From positions 372,001 to 436,000 of the forward strand of contig NIVC01000326.1 of assembly GCA_002269645.1 (NCBI GenBank): DNA of 64,000 bases, written 5' to 3'. The DNA is from Macrostomum lignano. Taxonomy: Eukaryota. Below are positions 1 through 14,379 of this stretch, in pieces. Numbering within the stretch: position 1 is the first letter of the stretch; every line of letters begins with the position of its first letter. The notes below the pieces were generated by a model. It was not told the DNA's origin and made no database searches. It was given only the letters and a program-made list of their open reading frames with translations. The position numbers and the translations under genes are program-made.

Positions 1-2124
1 CACGACATTAAGCAACTGTTAGACACGACATTAAAGCAACTGTTAGACACGACATTAAGCAACTGTTAGACACGACATTAAGCAACTGTTAGACACGACA
101 TTAAGCAACTGTTAGACACGACATTAAGCAACTGTTAGACACGACATTAAAGCAACTGTTAGACACGACATTAAGCAACTGTTAGACACTACATTAAGCA
201 ACTGTTAGACACGACATTAAGCAACTGTTAGACACTACATTAAGCAACTGTTAGACACGACATTAAAGCAACTGTTAGACACGACATTAAGCAACTGTTA
301 GACACGACATTAAAGCAACTGTTAGACACTACATTAAGCAACTGTTAGACACGACATTAAGCAACTGTTAGACACGACATTAAGCAACTGTTAGACACGA
401 CATTAAGCAACTGTTAGACACGACATTAAAGCAACTGTTAGACACGACATTAAGCAACTGTTAGACACTACATTAAGCAACTGTTAGACACGACATTAAG
501 CAACTGTTAGACACGACATTAAGCAACTGTTAGACACGACATTAAAGCAACTGTTAGACACGACATTAAAGCAACTGTTAGACACTACATTAAGCAACTG
601 TTAGACACGACATTAAAGCAACTGTTAGACACGACATTAAAGCAACTGTTAGACACGACATTAAAGCAACTGTTAGACACGACATTAAGCAACTGTTAGA
701 CACGACATTAAGCAACTGTTAGACACGACATTAAAGCAACTGTTAGACACTACATTAAGCAACTGTTAGACACGACATTAAAGCAACTGTTAGACACGAC
801 ATTAAGCAACTGTTAGACACGACATTAAGCAACTGTTAGACACGACATTAAGCAACTGTTAGACACGACATTAAGCAACTGTTAGACACGACATTAAAGC
901 AACTGTTAGACACGACATTAAGCAACTGTTAGACACTACATTAAGCAACTGTTAGACACGACATTAAGCAACTGTTAGACACGACATTAAGCAACTGTTA
1001 GACACGACATTAAAGCAACTGTTAGACACGACATTAAAGCAACTGTTAGACACGACATTAAGCAACTGTTAGACACTACATTAAGCAACTGTTAGACACT
1101 ACATTAAGCAACTGTTAGACACTACATTAAGCAACTGTTAGACACGACATTAAAGCAACTGTTAGACACGACATTAAGCAACTGTTAGACACGACATTAA
1201 GCAACTGTTAGACACGACATTAAGCAACTGTTAGACACGACATTAAAGCAACTGTTAGACACGACATTAAAGCAACTGTTAGACACGACATTAAGCAACT
1301 GTTAGACACTACATTAAGCAACTGTTAGACACTACATTAAGCAACTGTTAGACACGACATTAAAGCAACTGTTAGACACTACATTAAGCAACTGTTAGAC
1401 ACGACATTAAGCAACTGTTAGACAAGAAATTAAAGCAACTGTTAGACACGACATTAAGCAACTGTTAGACACGACATTAAGCAACTGTTAGACACTACAT
1501 TAAGCAACTGTTAGACACGACATTAAGCAACTGTTAGACACGACATTAAAGCAACTGTTAGACACTACATTAAGCAACTGTTAGACACGACATTAAGCAA
1601 CTGTTAGACACGACATTAAGCAACTGTTAGACACTACATTAAGCAACTGTTAGACACGACATTAAGCAACTGTTAGACACGACATTAAAGCAACTGTTAG
1701 ACACGACATTAAGCAACTGTTAGACACGACATTAAGCAACTGTTAGACACGACATTAAGCAACTGTTAGACACTACATTAAGCAACTGTTAGACACTACA
1801 TTAAGCAACTGTTAGACACGACATTAAAGCAACTGTTAGACACGACATTAAAGCAACTGTTAGACACGACATTAAGCAACTGTTAGACACTACATTAAGC
1901 AACTGTTAGACACTACATTAAGCAACTGTTAGACACGACATTAAAGCAACTGTTAGACACTACATTAAGCAACTGTTAGACACGACATTAAGCAACTGTT
2001 AGACACGACATTAAGCAACTGTTAGACACGACATTAAAGCAACTGTTAGACACTACATTAAGCAACTGTTAGACACGACATTAAGCAACTGTTAGACAAG
2101 AAATTAAAGCAACTGTTAGACACG
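1..2124. repeat. 23/24-bp tandem satellite (CACGACATTAA[A]GCAACTGTTAGA), runs off the window edge
   Basis: About 90 near-identical units read directly. Variants are CACTAC/CACGAC and an optional extra A. Confidence 0.98.
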
Positions 2125-2767
2125 CATCGCCAATCATTGAAACAACAAAAGCAGCAAAAAATCAAGATGTTGCATTTACACACAAGAGGAAAGTACATTT
2201 GCAAATTCGTTGCAAATTTGCACTCCCTCTGCCAAGAAAGTTCGGTGAAACTCTAATTGTTCTGACCAATCGTTAAACATATCCCCATTAGCAGATCCCC
2301 ATTCGCTCCTGTCACACGTATCCCTTCAACTCGCGGTCGTCTTCAGATTTCGCCCGCACGCCGCCAAGACCGCACAAGCAAAATAAGGGAAAGCAAAGCC
2401 GCTGCACAAGGTGGAGGCCGGCGCCCCGGCAAATGCAGGGCCGCCTCCGTTCGGATTTCTGCAACTGGAAACAGAAAATCAAATTAATTGCCTTTTCCGT
2501 CCGCACGGGCTTGGGGGCTGACAAAATATTGCTATAATACGCTGATCTGCGGAGGCACAAATGCATCCCCACAGACTGCAGTGCAGGCTGCACTTGAATT
2601 GGCCTTCAATGCATGCGAATGTTTATACACCGAACATCGGCATGGCACAGCTCGCACAGTAATGCTCCGACTCGAGGAATTATGCTGCTTCATGCAGGAC
2701 CACAGCCAACAGTAGCTGACTGAAACAAAATAAAGCCAAAATAAACATTTAGCTCAGCTGTATTGAT

Positions 2768-3572
2768 CACAGTGACAAGCCATCAGTGACAATCCAACTG
2801 TGACAATCCAACTGTGACAATCCATCTGTGACAAGCCAACAGTGACAATCCTTCTGTGACAATCCATCTGTGACAATCAAACTGTGACAATCCAACTGTG
2901 ACAATCCATCAGTGACAATCCAACAGTGACAATCCTTCTGTGACAATCCATCTGTGACAATCAAACTGTGACAATCCAACTGTGACAATCCATCAGTGAC
3001 AATCCAACAGTGACAATCCATCAGTGACAATCCAACAGTGACAATCCATCAGTGACAATCAAACTGTGACAATCCAACAGTGACAATCCAACAGTGACAA
3101 TCCATCAGTGACAATCCAACAGTGACAATCCATCAGTGACAATCAAACTGTGACAATCCAACAGTGACAATCCAACAGTGACAATCCAACAGTGACAATC
3201 CAACAGTGACAATCCAACAGTGACAATCCATCAGTGACAATCCAACAGTGACAATCCATCAGTGACAATCCAACAGTGACAATCCAACAGTGACAAGCCA
3301 ACAGTGACAATCCAACAGTGACAAGCCAACAGTGACAATCCAACAGTGACAATCCAACAGTGACAATCCAACAGTGACAATCCAACAGTGACAATCCATC
3401 AGTGACAATCCAACAGTGACAATCCATCAGTGACAATCCAACAGTGACAATCCAACAGTGACAAGCCAACAGTGACAATCCAACAGTGACAAGCCAACAG
3501 TGACAATCCAACAGTGACAATCCAACAGTGACAATCCAACAGTGACAATCCAACAGTGACAATCCAACAGTG
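2768..3572. repeat. 14-bp tandem repeat (AGTGACAATCCAAC)
   Basis: Tandem units read directly. The ORFs at 2767-3642 are its translations. Confidence 0.95.
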
Positions 3573-4184
3573 TGGATTGTCCACAATCCTCAGTTAAATA
3601 AAATTGGAAGGACAGATGTATATGATAAGCTAAACGCTCCAAATACTCTACTCGGCAGTAGAGAACACGGTAATTCTATTATTTCTTTATTTCCCGACGT
3701 GCGCTAAACCCTGGCTATAATTATCTAAATTAAATTTATCCGAGCAATTAGAATGCGAGTGCCCAATATCTGTGATTGCTTTGAACCCTGGCAGAAAAAT
3801 AATCAACTGGGTCCAAATTAATTTGCCATATTTGAGAGAGCAGAAATCCACTTTTGAGATGAATTAATTCCTTTTTACGGAATTGCCAAGTACAGAAATC
3901 AGAGAGCCACGCGGGGGCCCTCAGCGACTCATTCAATTTTGCCAATTAACTCCAAACTTTTGATTGACAGTTCTTCTAAGTGAGAGTTAAGTGGCTGAGG
4001 CAGCCGAGTGACTTAGAACGCCGAGAACACTTCAATAAAACACTCGCTCAATTATAGTCGCTTAATGGGGAGAATTACGGCCTGTCGATCCGCTTGAAAT
4101 TTATGCAGAGCCAAATATTCACCTGGTCTGCTGCTGCTCTGACATACTGTTAAGGTACCTGCGGCACCCACTCCAGCATGGCAC

Positions 4185-4835
4185 TCTTTTCTAGCACTCT
4201 TTCTAGCACTCTGTCTAGCACTCTTTTCTAGCACTCTTTGTAGCACTCTTTCTAGCACTCTTTCTAGCACTCTTTCTAGCACTCTTTCTAGCTCTCCTTT
4301 CTACATGTTGAGATCTAGAGGAAGTATGATCTATAGATCAATAGAAAGCATGATCTAGAGATTCAAGATCTAAAGGAAGCATGATCTAGAGATCTAAAGG
4401 CAGCATGATCCAGAGATTCAAGATCTAAAGGAAGCATGATCTAGAGATCTAAAGGCAGCATGATCTAGAGATTCAGAGATCTAAAGGCAGCATGATCTAG
4501 AGATTCAGAGATCTAGAGCACTCCTTTGTAGCACTCTTTTCTAGCACTCTTTCTAGCACTCTTTTCTAGCACTCTTTCTAGCACTCTTTCTAGCACTCTT
4601 TCTAGCACTCTTTTCTAGCACTCCTCTCTACATGTAGAGATCTAGAGGAAGCATGATCTATAGATCAATAGAAAGCATGATCTAGAGATTCAGAGATCTA
4701 AAGGAAGCATGATCTAGAGATCTAAAGGCAGCATGATCTAGAGATTCAGAGATCTAAAGGCAGCATGATCTAGAGATCTAAAGGCAGCATGATCTAGAGA
4801 TTCAGAGATCTAGACCACTCCTTTCTAGCACTCCC
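4185..4835. repeat. Composite repeat: CTAGCACTCTTT units plus inverted copies of the 24-bp satellite, present as two blocks
   Basis: GAAGCATGATCTAGAGATCTA at about 4320-4510 and 4645-4810 is the reverse complement of the unit of the 5.7-11.36 kb array. Confidence 0.85.
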
Positions 4836-5714
4836 TTCAATTACTTCTTTTTCTATGCTGCAAAGAATTTTTAAAAGTGAGCAATCCAGACTTTGCTTTT
4901 TAGATTGCCAAGCTCCATTTTATGCTGAGCTCACTTGATCCCGATAGATGAGCAAACAGACAGAGCCCCAGCCTCCACCCTGCAAGACAACAGTTTAAGT
5001 GTCACTGTAATCGCAAACCCGAAGCAGATCTCACAATCGCAAAGCAACTGTTGATATCGAAATCGAAATCTGTCCATTATTCTCAAAACACGTTCTCATT
5101 TTCCATTCACATGTTTTCCCATACGCTCGTAGCACTCTACAGCTGTTCTGTTTTCTTGAGTTTATGCAGCTCATGCCTCATCCACCCTAAGCTGCACGTG
5201 AGCACACAATACCCCCAAGAGCACACTTCGCCAAAATCAACAGCTGTTATAGTTCTGTTTGACTGCCTTCACTTGCCGGGCAAGAACTCCTCAACAGCTC
5301 GGGCGAGGGGGGGGGGCTACTTACACGGGGCTAAGCCGCGTCACCCTCCACTTTCACACGGGCTGGGCCGGGCACTTGCACACCTGTGGTACAGGCAGCT
5401 CAGTGCTTGGAGTTTTACTGAAATTTGAGTGGGGGGGGGCGACTGCTCTGCTTGCCAAATAAAACCATGTGCATGTTAGGATTTCCTTAGTTTATCGAGT
5501 TTACCTTGCACTGGTAGTTATAGGCCTTTAGATGCCTGCTTTCCTCCTGTATACAACTCTAGATCACCTTTTCTTCCAGACGTCTAGGTCCATTTCCTTG
5601 ATATCTGGATCTCTAGATTTCTCCAGATCAAGACTGAGTTTCTCCCTTGCGTAACCACCGGATCGCTTGATCTCTGTATCGAGTTTCTGTCTAGATCTCT
5701 AGATCGTACTTGCT

Positions 5715-8700
5715 CTTGATCTCTAGATCATGCTTCCTCTTGATTTCTAGATCATGCTTCCTCTAGATCTCTAGATCATGCTTAATCTAGATCTCTAAAT
5801 CATGCTTCCTCTAGATCTCTAGATCATGCTTCCTCTAGATCTCTAAATCATGCTTCCTCTAGATCTCTAAATCATGCTTCCTCTTGATCTCTAGATCATG
5901 CTTCCTTTAGATCTCTAAATCATGCTTCGTCTAGATCTCTAAATCATGCTTCCTCTAGATCTCTAGATCATGCTTCCTCTAGATCTCTAGATCATGCTTC
6001 CTCTAGATCTCTAAATCATGCTTCCTCTAGATCTCTAGATCATGCTTCCTCTAGATCTCTAGATCATGCTTCCTCTAGATCTCTAAATCATGCTTCCTCT
6101 AGATCTCTAGATCATGCTTCCTCTAGATCTCTAGATCATGCTTCCTCTTGATTTCTAGATCATGCTTCGTCTAGATCTCTAAATCATGCTTCGTCTAGAT
6201 CTCTAAATCATGCTTCCTCTAGATCTCTAAATCATGCTTCCTCTTGATCTCTAGATCATGCTTCCTTTAGATCTCTAAATCATGCTTCGTCTAGATCTCT
6301 AAATCATGCTTCCTCTAGATCTCTAGATCATGCTTAATCTAGATCTCTAAATCATGCTTCGTCTAGATCTCTAAATCATGCTTCGTCTAGATCTCTAAAT
6401 CATGCTTCCTCTAGATCTCTAGATCATGCTTCCTCTTGATCTCTAGATCATGCTTCCTTTAGATCTCTAAATCATGCTTCGTCTAGATCTCTAAATCATG
6501 CTTCCTCTAGATCTCTAGATCATGCTTCCTCTAGATCTCTAGATCATGCTTCCTCTAGATCTCTAAATCATGCTTCCTCTAGATCTCTAGATCATGCTTC
6601 CTCTAGATCTCTAGATCATGCTTCCTCTAGATCTCTAAATCATGCTTCCTCTAGATCTCTAGATCATGCTTCCTCTAGATCTCTAGATCATGCTTCCTCT
6701 AGATCTCTAGATCATGCTTCCTCTTGATTTCTAGATCATGCTTCCTCTTGATTTCTAGATCATGCTTCCTCTAGATCTCTAGATCATGCTTCCTCTAGAT
6801 CTCTAGATCATGCTTCCTCTTGATTTCTAGATCATGCTTCCTCTAGATCTCTAGATCATGCTTCCTCTAGATCTCTAGATCATGCTTCCTCTAGATCTCT
6901 AAATAATGCTTCCTCTAGATTTCTAGATCATGCTTCCTCTTGATTTCTAGATCATGCTTCCTCTTGATTTCTAGATCATGCTTCCTCTTGATTTCTAGAT
7001 CATGCTTCCTCTAGATCTCTAGATCATGCTTCCTCTAGATCTCTAGATCATGCTTCCTCTTGATTTCTAGATCATGCTTCCTCTTGATCTCTAGATCATG
7101 CTTCCTCTAGATCTCTAGATCATGCTTCCTCTAGATCTCTAGATCATGCTTCCTCTTGATTTCTAGATCATGCTTCCTCTAGATCTCTAAATCATGCTTC
7201 CTCTTGATTTCTAGATCATGCTTCCTCTTGATCTCTAGATCATGCTTCCTCTAGATCTCTAGATCATGCTTCCTCTAGATCTCTAGATCATGCTTCCTCT
7301 TGATTTCTAGATCATGCTTCCTCTAGATCTCTAGATCATGCTTCCTCTTGATCTCTAGATCATGCTTCCTCTTGATCTCTAGATCATGCTTCCTCTTGAT
7401 CTCTAGATCATGCTTCCTCTAGATCTCTAAATCATGCTTCCTCTAGATCTCTAAATCATGCTTCCTCTTGATCTCTAGATCATGCTTCCTCTTGATCTCT
7501 AGATCATGCTTCCTCTTGATCTCTAAATCATGCTTCCTCTAGATCTCTAGATCATGCTTCCTCTAGATCTCTAGATCATGCTTCCTCTTGATTTCTAGAT
7601 CATGCTTCCTTTAGATCTCTAAATCATGCTTCGTCTAGATCTCTAAATAATGCTTCCTCTAGATCTCTAGATCATGCTTCCTCTAGATCTCTAGATCATG
7701 CTTCCTCTAGATCTCTAAATCATGCTTCCTCTAGATCTCTAGATCATGCTTCCTCTAGATCTCTAGATCATGCTTCCTCTTGATTTCTAGATCATGCTTC
7801 GTCTAGATCTCTAAATCATGCTTCCTCTAGATCTCTAGATCATGCTTCCTCTAGATCTCTAGATCATGCTTCCTCTTGATTTCTAGATCATGCTTCCTTT
7901 AGATCTCTAAATCATGCTTCGTCTAGATCTCTAAATCATGCTTCCTCTAGATCTCTAGATCATGCTTAATCTAGATCTCTAAATCATGCTTCGTCTAGAT
8001 CTCTAAATCATGCTTCGTCTAGATCTCTAAATCATGCTTCCTCTAGATCTCTAGATCATGCTTCCTCTTGATCTCTAGATCATGCTTCCTTTAGATCTCT
8101 AAATCATGCTTCGTCTAGATCTCTAAATCATGCTTCCTCTAGATCTCTAGATCATGCTTCCTCTAGATCTCTAGATCATGCTTCCTCTAGATCTCTAAAT
8201 CATGCTTCCTCTAGATCTCTAGATCATGCTTCCTCTAGATCTCTAGATCATGCTTCCTCTAGATCTCTAAATCATGCTTCCTCTAGATCTCTAGATCATG
8301 CTTCCTCTAGATCTCTAGATCATGCTTCCTCTAGATCTCTAGATCATGCTTCCTCTTGATTTCTAGATCATGCTTCCTCTTGATTTCTAGATCATGCTTC
8401 CTCTAGATCTCTAGATCATGCTTCCTCTAGATCTCTAGATCATGCTTCCTCTTGATTTCTAGATCATGCTTCCTCTAGATCTCTAGATCATGCTTCCTCT
8501 AGATCTCTAGATCATGCTTCCTCTAGATCTCTAAATAATGCTTCCTCTAGATTTCTAGATCATGCTTCCTCTTGATTTCTAGATCATGCTTCCTCTTGAT
8601 TTCTAGATCATGCTTCCTCTTGATTTCTAGATCATGCTTCCTCTAGATCTCTAGATCATGCTTCCTCTAGATCTCTAGATCATGCTTCCTCTTGATTTCT

Positions 8701-11360
8701 AGATCATGCTTCCTCTTGATCTCTAGATCATGCTTCCTCTAGATCTCTAGATCATGCTTCCTCTAGATCTCTAGATCATGCTTCCTCTTGATTTCTAGAT
8801 CATGCTTCCTCTAGATCTCTAAATCATGCTTCCTCTTGATTTCTAGATCATGCTTCCTCTTGATCTCTAGATCATGCTTCCTCTAGATCTCTAGATCATG
8901 CTTCCTCTAGATCTCTAGATCATGCTTCCTCTTGATTTCTAGATCATGCTTCCTCTAGATCTCTAGATCATGCTTCCTCTTGATCTCTAGATCATGCTTC
9001 CTCTTGATCTCTAGATCATGCTTCCTCTTGATCTCTAGATCATGCTTCCTCTAGATCTCTAAATCATGCTTCCTCTAGATCTCTAAATCATGCTTCCTCT
9101 TGATCTCTAGATCATGCTTCCTCTTGATCTCTAGATCATGCTTCCTCTTGATCTCTAAATCATGCTTCCTCTAGATCTCTAGATCATGCTTCCTCTAGAT
9201 CTCTAGATCATGCTTCCTCTTGATTTCTAGATCATGCTTCCTTTAGATCTCTAAATCATGCTTCGTCTAGATCTCTAAATAATGCTTCCTCTAGATCTCT
9301 AGATCATGCTTCCTCTAGATCTCTAGATCATGCTTCCTCTAGATCTCTAAATCATGCTTCCTCTAGATCTCTAGATCATGCTTCCTCTAGATCTCTAGAT
9401 CATGCTTCCTCTTGATTTCTAGATCATGCTTCGTCTAGATCTCTAAATCATGCTTCCTCTAGATCTCTAGATCATGCTTCCTCTAGATCTCTAGATCATG
9501 CTTCCTCTTGATTTCTAGATCATGCTTCGTCTAGATCTCTAAATCATGCTTCCTCTAGATCTCTAAATCATGCTTCCTCTAGATCTCTAGATCATGCTTC
9601 CTCTTGATTTCTAGATCATGCTTCCTCTTGATTTCTAGATCATGCTTCCTCTAGATCTCTAAATCATGCTTCCTCTAGATCTCTAGATCATGCTTCCTCT
9701 AGATCTCTAGATCATGCTTCCTCTAGATCTCTAGATCATGCTTCCTCTTGATTCTAGATCATGCTTCCTCTTGATTTCTAGATCATGCTTCGTCTAGATC
9801 TCTAAATCATGCTTCCTCTAGATCTCTAGATCATGCTTCCTCTAGATCTCTAGATCATGCTTCCTCTAGATCTCTAGATCATGCTTCCTCTTGATTTCTA
9901 GATCATGCTTCCTCTAGATCTCTAAATCATGCTTCCTCTAGATCTCTAGATCATGCTTCCTCTAGATCTCTAGATCATGCTTCCTCTTGATTTCTAGATC
10001 ATGCTTCCTCTTGATTTCTAGATCATGCTTCGTCTAGATCTCTAAATCATGCTTCCTCTAGATCTCTAGATCATGCTTCCTCTAGATCTCTAGATCATGC
10101 TTCCTCTAGATCTCTAAATCATGCTTCCTCTTGATTTCTAGATCATGCTTCCTCTAGATCTCTAGATCATGCTTCCTCTAGATCTCTAGATCATGCTTCC
10201 TCTTGATTTCTAGATCATGCTTCCTCTAGATCTCTAGATCATGCTTCCTCTTGATTTCTAGATCATGCTTCCTCTAGATCTCTAGATCATGCTTCCTCTA
10301 GATCTCTAAATCATGCTTCCTCTTGATTTCTAGATCATGCTTCCTCTAGATCTCTAGATCATGCTTCCTCTTGATTTCTAGATCATGCTTCCTCTTGATT
10401 TCTAGATCATGCTTCGTCTAGATCTCTAAATCATGCTTCCTCTAGATCTCTAGATCATGCTTCCTCTTGATTTCTAGATCATGCTTCCTCTAGATCTCTA
10501 GATCATGCTTCCTCTAGATCTCTAGATCATGCTTCCTCTTGATTTCTAGATCATGCTTCCTCTAGATCTCTAGATCATGCTTCCTCTAGATCTCTAAATC
10601 ATGCTTCCTCTTGATTTCTAGATCATGCTTCCTCTAGATCTCTAGATCATGCTTCGTCTAGATCTCTAAATCATGCTTCCTCTAGATCTCTAAATCATGC
10701 TTCCTCTAGATCTCTAGATCATGCTTCCTCTTGATTTCTAGATCATGCTTCCTCTAGATCTCTAGATCATGCTTCCTCTAGATCTCTAAATCATGCTTCC
10801 TCTTGATTTCTAGATCATGCTTCCTCTAGATCTCTAGATCATGCTTCCTCTAGATCTCTAAATCATGCTTCCTCTAGATCTCTAGATCATGCTTCCTCTA
10901 GATCTCTAGATCATGCTTCCTCTTGATTTCTAGATCATGCTTCCTCTAGATCTCTAGATCATGCTTCCTCTTGATTTCTAGATCATGCTTCCTCTAGATC
11001 TCTAGATCATGCTTCCTCTTGATTTCTAGATCATGCTTCCTCTTGATTTCTAGATCATGCTTCCTCTAGATCTCTAGATCATGCTTCCTCTTGATTTCTA
11101 GATCATGCTTCCTCTTGATTTCTAGATCATGCTTCCTCTAGATCTCTAGATCATGCTTCCTCTTGATTTCTAGATCATGCTTCCTCTTGATTTCTAGATC
11201 ATGCTTCCTCTAGATCTCTAGATCATGCTTCCTCTTGATTTCTAGATCATGCTTCCTCTTGATTTCTAGATCATGCTTCCTCTTGATTTCTAGATCATGC
11301 TTCCTCTAGATCTCTAAATCATGCTTCCTCTTGATTTCTAGATCATGCTTCTTCTAGATC
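5715..11360. repeat. 24-bp satellite array (CTCTAGATCTCTAGATCATGCTTC), about 235 copies
   Basis: Read directly. The unit is rich in the palindromes TCTAGA and AGATCT. Confidence 0.98.
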
Positions 11361-12029
11361 TGTAGATCAGCAGTAATCAGTAAGCTGTAACAGCAATATC
11401 TAAAACACCGAGTTCAACTCTGAGCTCGCCATAATCGCAAATATTACGCAATGATGTCTAATAAATAATGGTCATGTAACCCCCATCATTCCGCTCTGCA
11501 GTTTATACAACCCAGGGCATAAAAAAGTGACTGACTGTGTAATTAGGCGAAATGTTTTGATATGCCCAAGCTAGTCAAATTGGGCCGTATCAGGCTGGGC
11601 GGGTTTAGCACAGCCCATGCCTACCGCCCCCCCCCAGCTGACGAAATTAAAGTGCATAAATTATTAAGTAGAGAAACCTGCAGGGAGGGACTCAGCAATA
11701 AAGTTAAAATCGCTTAAGCCGCCCCTCCGGCTAAATAAATTAAATGCTAAATAATTGACAAGTTAGCTAAATCAGCTGCTGAGGGCGGCAGTTGAGCGCG
11801 GGGGCTGCCCGCCCAAAGCCAAACAATGTATGCAAAAACAAAACACGCCTCGGCAAGGGGAGAGGAGGGTATTAATTAAATTTTTCTGTCCACAACAGCA
11901 CGCGTTCTTATTTGAGTCTGGCTTTTTATAGCTGTCAGTTTTTGCCAGGACCTCTTTTGCTGCCCACCCGGACTGGAAGCCGGCACTTGACAATGCTGCT
12001 TCTCTAGCTCTGGGGTCAGCGAACGTTTC

Positions 12030-12160
12030 TCTTGTCTCTTCTCTCCTCTCCACTCTCCTCTCTCCCCTCTGGTCTCTCTTCCCTACTCTCTCCTCTTTCC
12101 TTTCTCCTCTCTCCTCTCTTCTCTCTCCCCTCTCATCTCTCCTCTCTCCCCTCTTCATTT
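12030..12160. repeat. CT-rich low-complexity tract
   Basis: Degenerate CTCTCCT repeats. Confidence 0.8.
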
Positions 12161-13029
12161 TTGCCTCTTTCCTCCAGGAGATGTTTAAAGATCTTTAATA
12201 TATCTTTAGCTGCCGCTCCTTGCTTAGCTGAATAAAAAAATTAAAGTTTAAATGTCTTCAAATTTTAGAGCGCAAGCTACCAGCTACGCTCGTATCTCTT
12301 GTAGTCTTGTTTGAACAATTTGGAAGGCCTCCTTATATTGTACCGCTTTCCAATCCAGACATCCAAGGCATCCAACCGTCCCTGAATATTGTAAACATTT
12401 CTACCACTCGTACTACTAGACCGGACTATACTACTGACCTACCGGCTCGCGGAGTGGGACAATTAATTATTTTTAATTAAATTGCAGCCTCTCGCATGGG
12501 GGGACGGGCGGCGCGCGGCAAATCAAAAGTTTTAAAAAGAATTGCCCCACTCAGCTTGATGGGGGCTGGGGCTTCAATTTATTTAATGCGCACGGCTGCG
12601 GCCCGCCCTATCTGCGCTGATATACTTTGTGATTGTGATTGCACGGGCTGGGGGGGGGGGGGGGGTTGAAGCCGAAGGCAATTGTTTTAATTGCAAATCT
12701 GGCCCGGGCCGCGCGGCTCTCAAATCCGACTCTGGAGACGACACGGCACCGGCCACTACTTAGCTGAATTGCCTGTGGTCCGCCTCATTACTGCTAATTA
12801 GCAGGTAGAAGATTGATGCATGGTTGGTGGGCGACGGAGAGTCTCGAAAACTTATCGCTACTCAGAGTGGGGGGGGGAATGTCTGCATTAAGAGATCTCA
12901 TGGGAGAGAGAATCTCAAGTTGGTGCCTCGGAATGAGGATCTATGAGGTTTTTCTCAGTAAGGGAGAATCTCGGTGGAGAATGTAGAGAGAGAACCTGAA
13001 GCGGAAATTCCAGGGGGAGAATTCTGGGG

Positions 13030-13400
13030 AGGAGAATTTCTATAGGCGAAAATTTCTATGGCTGGGGGCTTCTATGGGGGGAGAATTCTAATGGCAGGGA
13101 GAATTTCTATGAGGGAGAATTTCTATGAGTGGGGTCTCTATGGGGGATTTCTATGGGTGGGGGTTTCTATGGGGATTTCTATGGGGAGATTTCTATGGGT
13201 GGGGGTTTCTATGGGGGATTTCTATGGGTGGGGTCTCTATGGGGATTTCTATGGGGGATTTCTATGGGTGGGGGTTTCTATGGGGGATTTCTATGGGTGG
13301 GGGTCTCTATGGGGATTTCTATGGGGGATTTCTATGGGTGGGGGTTTCTATGAGGGGTGATTTCTAATAACAAGGGAGAATTTCTATGGGGGATATTTTT
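13030..13400. repeat. TTTCTATGGGGGA-type degenerate minisatellite
   Basis: Read directly. Confidence 0.85.
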
Positions 13401-14379
13401 GTGGGGAAAGAATCAGAGAAGAGTCTCGGACGAGAATCTCAAAGGTAAATCCCGTGGAGAATCTGGGGGGAGGGGAATCTCCAACGGAGAATCTCTGGTG
13501 CTGAGCGAATTTACCTTGAGTAGCAGTTGGGAATTCCAGAAGATTTCCAGAAACTCTCTCTCAGATGAGTCCCAGGTCCTCTCCCAGCTGAGCAACCAAT
13601 GGGGCAGCGAGTCCCAGCTGGAATCTCAATTCCATTTTCCATGACTCGACTGCAAAAAGCAAGCAGAGAAAAATGCCAAATCTTTCGCGCTCTCTGCATC
13701 CACCTACCTTGGAAAAAATTAATTACGTTTCGAGTTTGCCAAACAATGTCGAGCACATTCAATTGAATAGAGTACCAGGCCTATACCCAGCAACAATCGC
13801 GGGCAGCCCTCCCTGCCTCCCAGATGGAAGAAATTGATGTTGGAATACAAAAGACAGCCAGAGAGAAAGATAGAATTAATTGCGCAGAAGGCAAAATTGA
13901 ATTGCATTTTCATCTACGCATACACATAATTATTTATGCTTTTTTGCGCTCTGCACCCCTTTTGTCAGGCAGGCACGCGCGGCTGTCAGCTCGGCCTGAC
14001 CGGCACAGCCCAGGCAAGAGGCATTAGCAATTAATTAATTTTCTTTCTTAATTGCTGCGCCAGTTTTTTGAACATTCAAGAAAAAATTGCGGCCATTGAG
14101 ATTTTGAGTTTGAAGGCTCAGGCCAAGCTTGACAGCAAATGTCACGTCTTGCTTGTCCAGGCTGACCTGAGCCTTCTGCTGTTGCCTCTGCGCTCCGCAC
14201 CCTTCTCGCCGACTTCACTCCATGCCTCCAGCTCTGAATACTGCAAGCCTCAGTCCCATTTCTACATTTACTCATCCATTTATGCTTTTTCCAAGTTCAA
14301 ATCAGCTTTCAGGTTTCAGCTCGGAGAAGTTTATTAAATCCTGAATCGTCAGCACCTCTTGCACTGAGAAAGTCCCGGC

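Noticed and set aside
1-11360. Regular short repeats superficially like CRISPR arrays
   Set aside because: There are no unique spacers and no cas genes, and the context is eukaryotic.
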